Assembly (NCBI GenBank): GCA_963708135.1
Contig: OY970192.1
Coordinates: 672,001-736,000 of the forward strand
Source of the DNA: an uncultured Gemmatimonadales bacterium
Lineage (GTDB): Bacteria > Gemmatimonadota > Gemmatimonadetes > Longimicrobiales > RSA9
Direction: 5' to 3'
DNA length: 64,000 nucleotides
Shown: positions 62,389 to 64,000 of the stretch, in pieces
Layout: each line of letters begins with the position of its first letter
Position numbering within the stretch: the first letter of the stretch is position 1
Program-made: the position numbers and the translations under genes
The notes under the pieces: model-generated
Told to the model about the DNA's origin: nothing
What the model saw: only the letters and a program-made list of their open reading frames with translations
The model's database searches: none

Positions 62389-64000
62389 TTGACCGGCCTG
62401 ATCCTCCGCGGCCTCCGCCGAAGTCCCGGCCTGACGGCCACGGCCGTGCTCTGCCTGGCCGTCGGCATCGGCGCGACCACGACCATGGCGGGAATCGTGG
62501 ACGTGCTGCTCTTCCGGCCGCCGGCGCACGTGCGGGATGCCGCCCACGTCGCCGAGCTCCACTTCGACTTCGTGTTCCCCGGCTCCACGCGGCACGTGCC
62601 CTCCATGATCGGCCAGGGTCTGGTCTACTCCCATTTCCTGCGGCTGCACGGCGACCTCCACTCGCTCGACCGGGTGGCCGGCTTCCACAAGGCCGAGCTC
62701 TCGCTCGGGCGGGGCGAGGCGGCCCGGCCGGTCCAGGCCGGCTTCGTCACGGGCGGCTTCTTCCCCCTGCTCGGCGTACGCCCCGGCCTCGGGCGGCTCA
62801 TCGCGAGCGACGGCACGGACGCCGCCGAGGCCGGCGCGGCGCCGGTCGTCCTCTCCGACGACCTCTGGCGCACGCGCTTCGGCCGCGACCCCTCGATCCT
62901 CGGCCGGCGCATCAGGGTGGGGCGGGGGAGCTACACGGTGGTCGGCATCACGCCCGCGGGGTTCCGCGGCCCTGAGCCGCTCCACCCGACGGAGCTCTGG
63001 CTGCCGATGGGCGCGGCCGAGCGAGAGCTGTACGACGGCGACCGCGAGGCCTTCACCGAGCAGAGCGAGGGGCTGGTCCGGGTGCTTGGACGGCTCCGGC
63101 CGGGCGTGCCCGAGCGGCGCGTGGCGGCGGAGGCTGCTGGAATCGTGCGGGGCGCCTACGTCGCCTACTTCGGGGAGCGCTTCGGGGACACCCGCGTCGT
63201 TGCCGCGCTCGCGCCGATCATCCCGGGCCTGGCCGGCGCGCGGGGCGGAGACGCGGCGGTGGCGCTCTGGCTCGCGGCCGTGGCGGCCGTAGTGCTGCTG
63301 ATCGCGTGCGCCAACGTGGCGGGGCTGCTGCTCGTGCGCGCGGCCGAGCGGCGGCGGGAGGCGGCGATCCGGCTCGCCCTGGGCGCCACGCCGTGGCGGC
63401 TCGCGCGGCTGTTCCTGGCCGAGGCGCTCGTGCTGGCCGCGGCCGGCGGGGTGCTCGGGCTACTCCTGCGGCAGTGGGGCGGCAGCGCGGTGCGCGCGTT
63501 CCTGCTGCCGCAGCTCGACGCGGCGCCCGGACCGCTCGATCCGCGCGTGCTCGGCGTGGCGACGCTGGTCACGCTGGCCACCGGCATCCTGTGCGGCGCG
63601 GCCCCGGGGGCGCACGCCTGGCGCCGCGACCTCGCCGGCGCGGTCGCCGGCGCGCGCGGCCGCGGCGGGCCGGCCCGCCAGCGGGCGCAGCGGGCGCTGC
63701 TCGTCGGGCAGGTCGCACTCGCGGTGGCCCTTGTGTCGGGCGCGGCGGCGTTCCTCACGAGCTGGTGGCACGTGCGCCGGCTTCCGCTCGGCTTCGCGCC
63801 GGCGCGCGTGCTGGTCGGCCGCATGCCGCTCGACGCGCTCGGCTACGACACGCCCGAGGAGACGGCCGCGTACGAGCGGATGCTCGCGCGGGTGCGCGCG
63901 CTCCCCCGCGTGCGCGAGGCGAGCCTGGCGGTGGCGCCGCCCTTCGTCGCCAGGCGGTACGCCGCTGTCGAGATCCCGGGCGTGGACAGAGACGCCGTGC
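62389..64000 (+). CDS. MacB/FtsX-like (ADOP-type) ABC transporter permease (runs off window)
   Basis: Manual translation from TTG 62389: LRRSPGLT..AVLCLAVGIGATT, FFPLLGVRPGLGR, VLLIACANVAGLLL.RA..RRRE.AIRLALGA. Confidence 0.9.
   Translation, partial: MTGLILRGLRRSPGLTATAVLCLAVGIGATTTMAGIVDVLLFRPPAHVRDAAHVAELHFDFVFPGSTRHVPSMIGQGLVYSHFLRLHGDLHSLDRVAGFHKAELSLGRGEAARPVQAGFVTGGFFPLLGVRPGLGRLIASDGTDAAEAGAAPVVLSDDLWRTRFGRDPSILGRRIRVGRGSYTVVGITPAGFRGPEPLHPTELWLPMGAAERELYDGDREAFTEQSEGLVRVLGRLRPGVPERRVAAEAAGIVRGAYVAYFGERFGDTRVVAALAPIIPGLAGARGGDAAVALWLAAVAAVVLLIACANVAGLLLVRAAERRREAAIRLALGATPWRLARLFLAEALVLAAAGGVLGLLLRQWGGSAVRAFLLPQLDAAPGPLDPRVLGVATLVTLATGILCGAAPGAHAWRRDLAGAVAGARGRGGPARQRAQRALLVGQVALAVALVSGAAAFLTSWWHVRRLPLGFAPARVLVGRMPLDALGYDTPEETAAYERMLARVRALPRVREASLAVAPPFVARRYAAVEIPGVDRDAV

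Overview
High-GC bacterial chromosome window; gene content and intergenic microsatellite style suggest a Gemmatimonadota-like organism (inference). The left 25 kb is housekeeping: mfd, a BatA/DUF58 pair, lepA, a waaF-like heptosyltransferase, ROK and PfkB kinases, a STAS-HATPase/STAS-wHTH pair, a soluble histidine kinase, a GMP-PMM fusion, a Cys/Met PLP lyase, an AI-2E transporter, an Ntn acylase, YpdA and pruA. About 25.9-37.4 kb is visibly more A/T-rich and looks like an accessory island. It holds a coupled FHA / PP2C / receptor-topology Ser/Thr kinase / Ig-TolB propeller / beta-barrel operon, a BTAD-AAA regulator, a TRL lipoprotein and a Wza-N/SH3/barrel fusion. A membrane-anchored BTAD sensor, a deletion-fused toxin-antitoxin-like remnant and a duplicated gene 3' end follow. 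Next come nfu/mrp/SAM hydrolase, a SigW-like ECF operon with two TGAAAC-N17-CGTA promoters, ubiE/menG, a second acylase, gdhA coupled to a REC-PPDK_N protein, and a repeat-rich decayed region ending in an ABC permease. Several non-coding repeat families are present. No rRNA, tRNA, integrase, transposase or cas gene was recognised.
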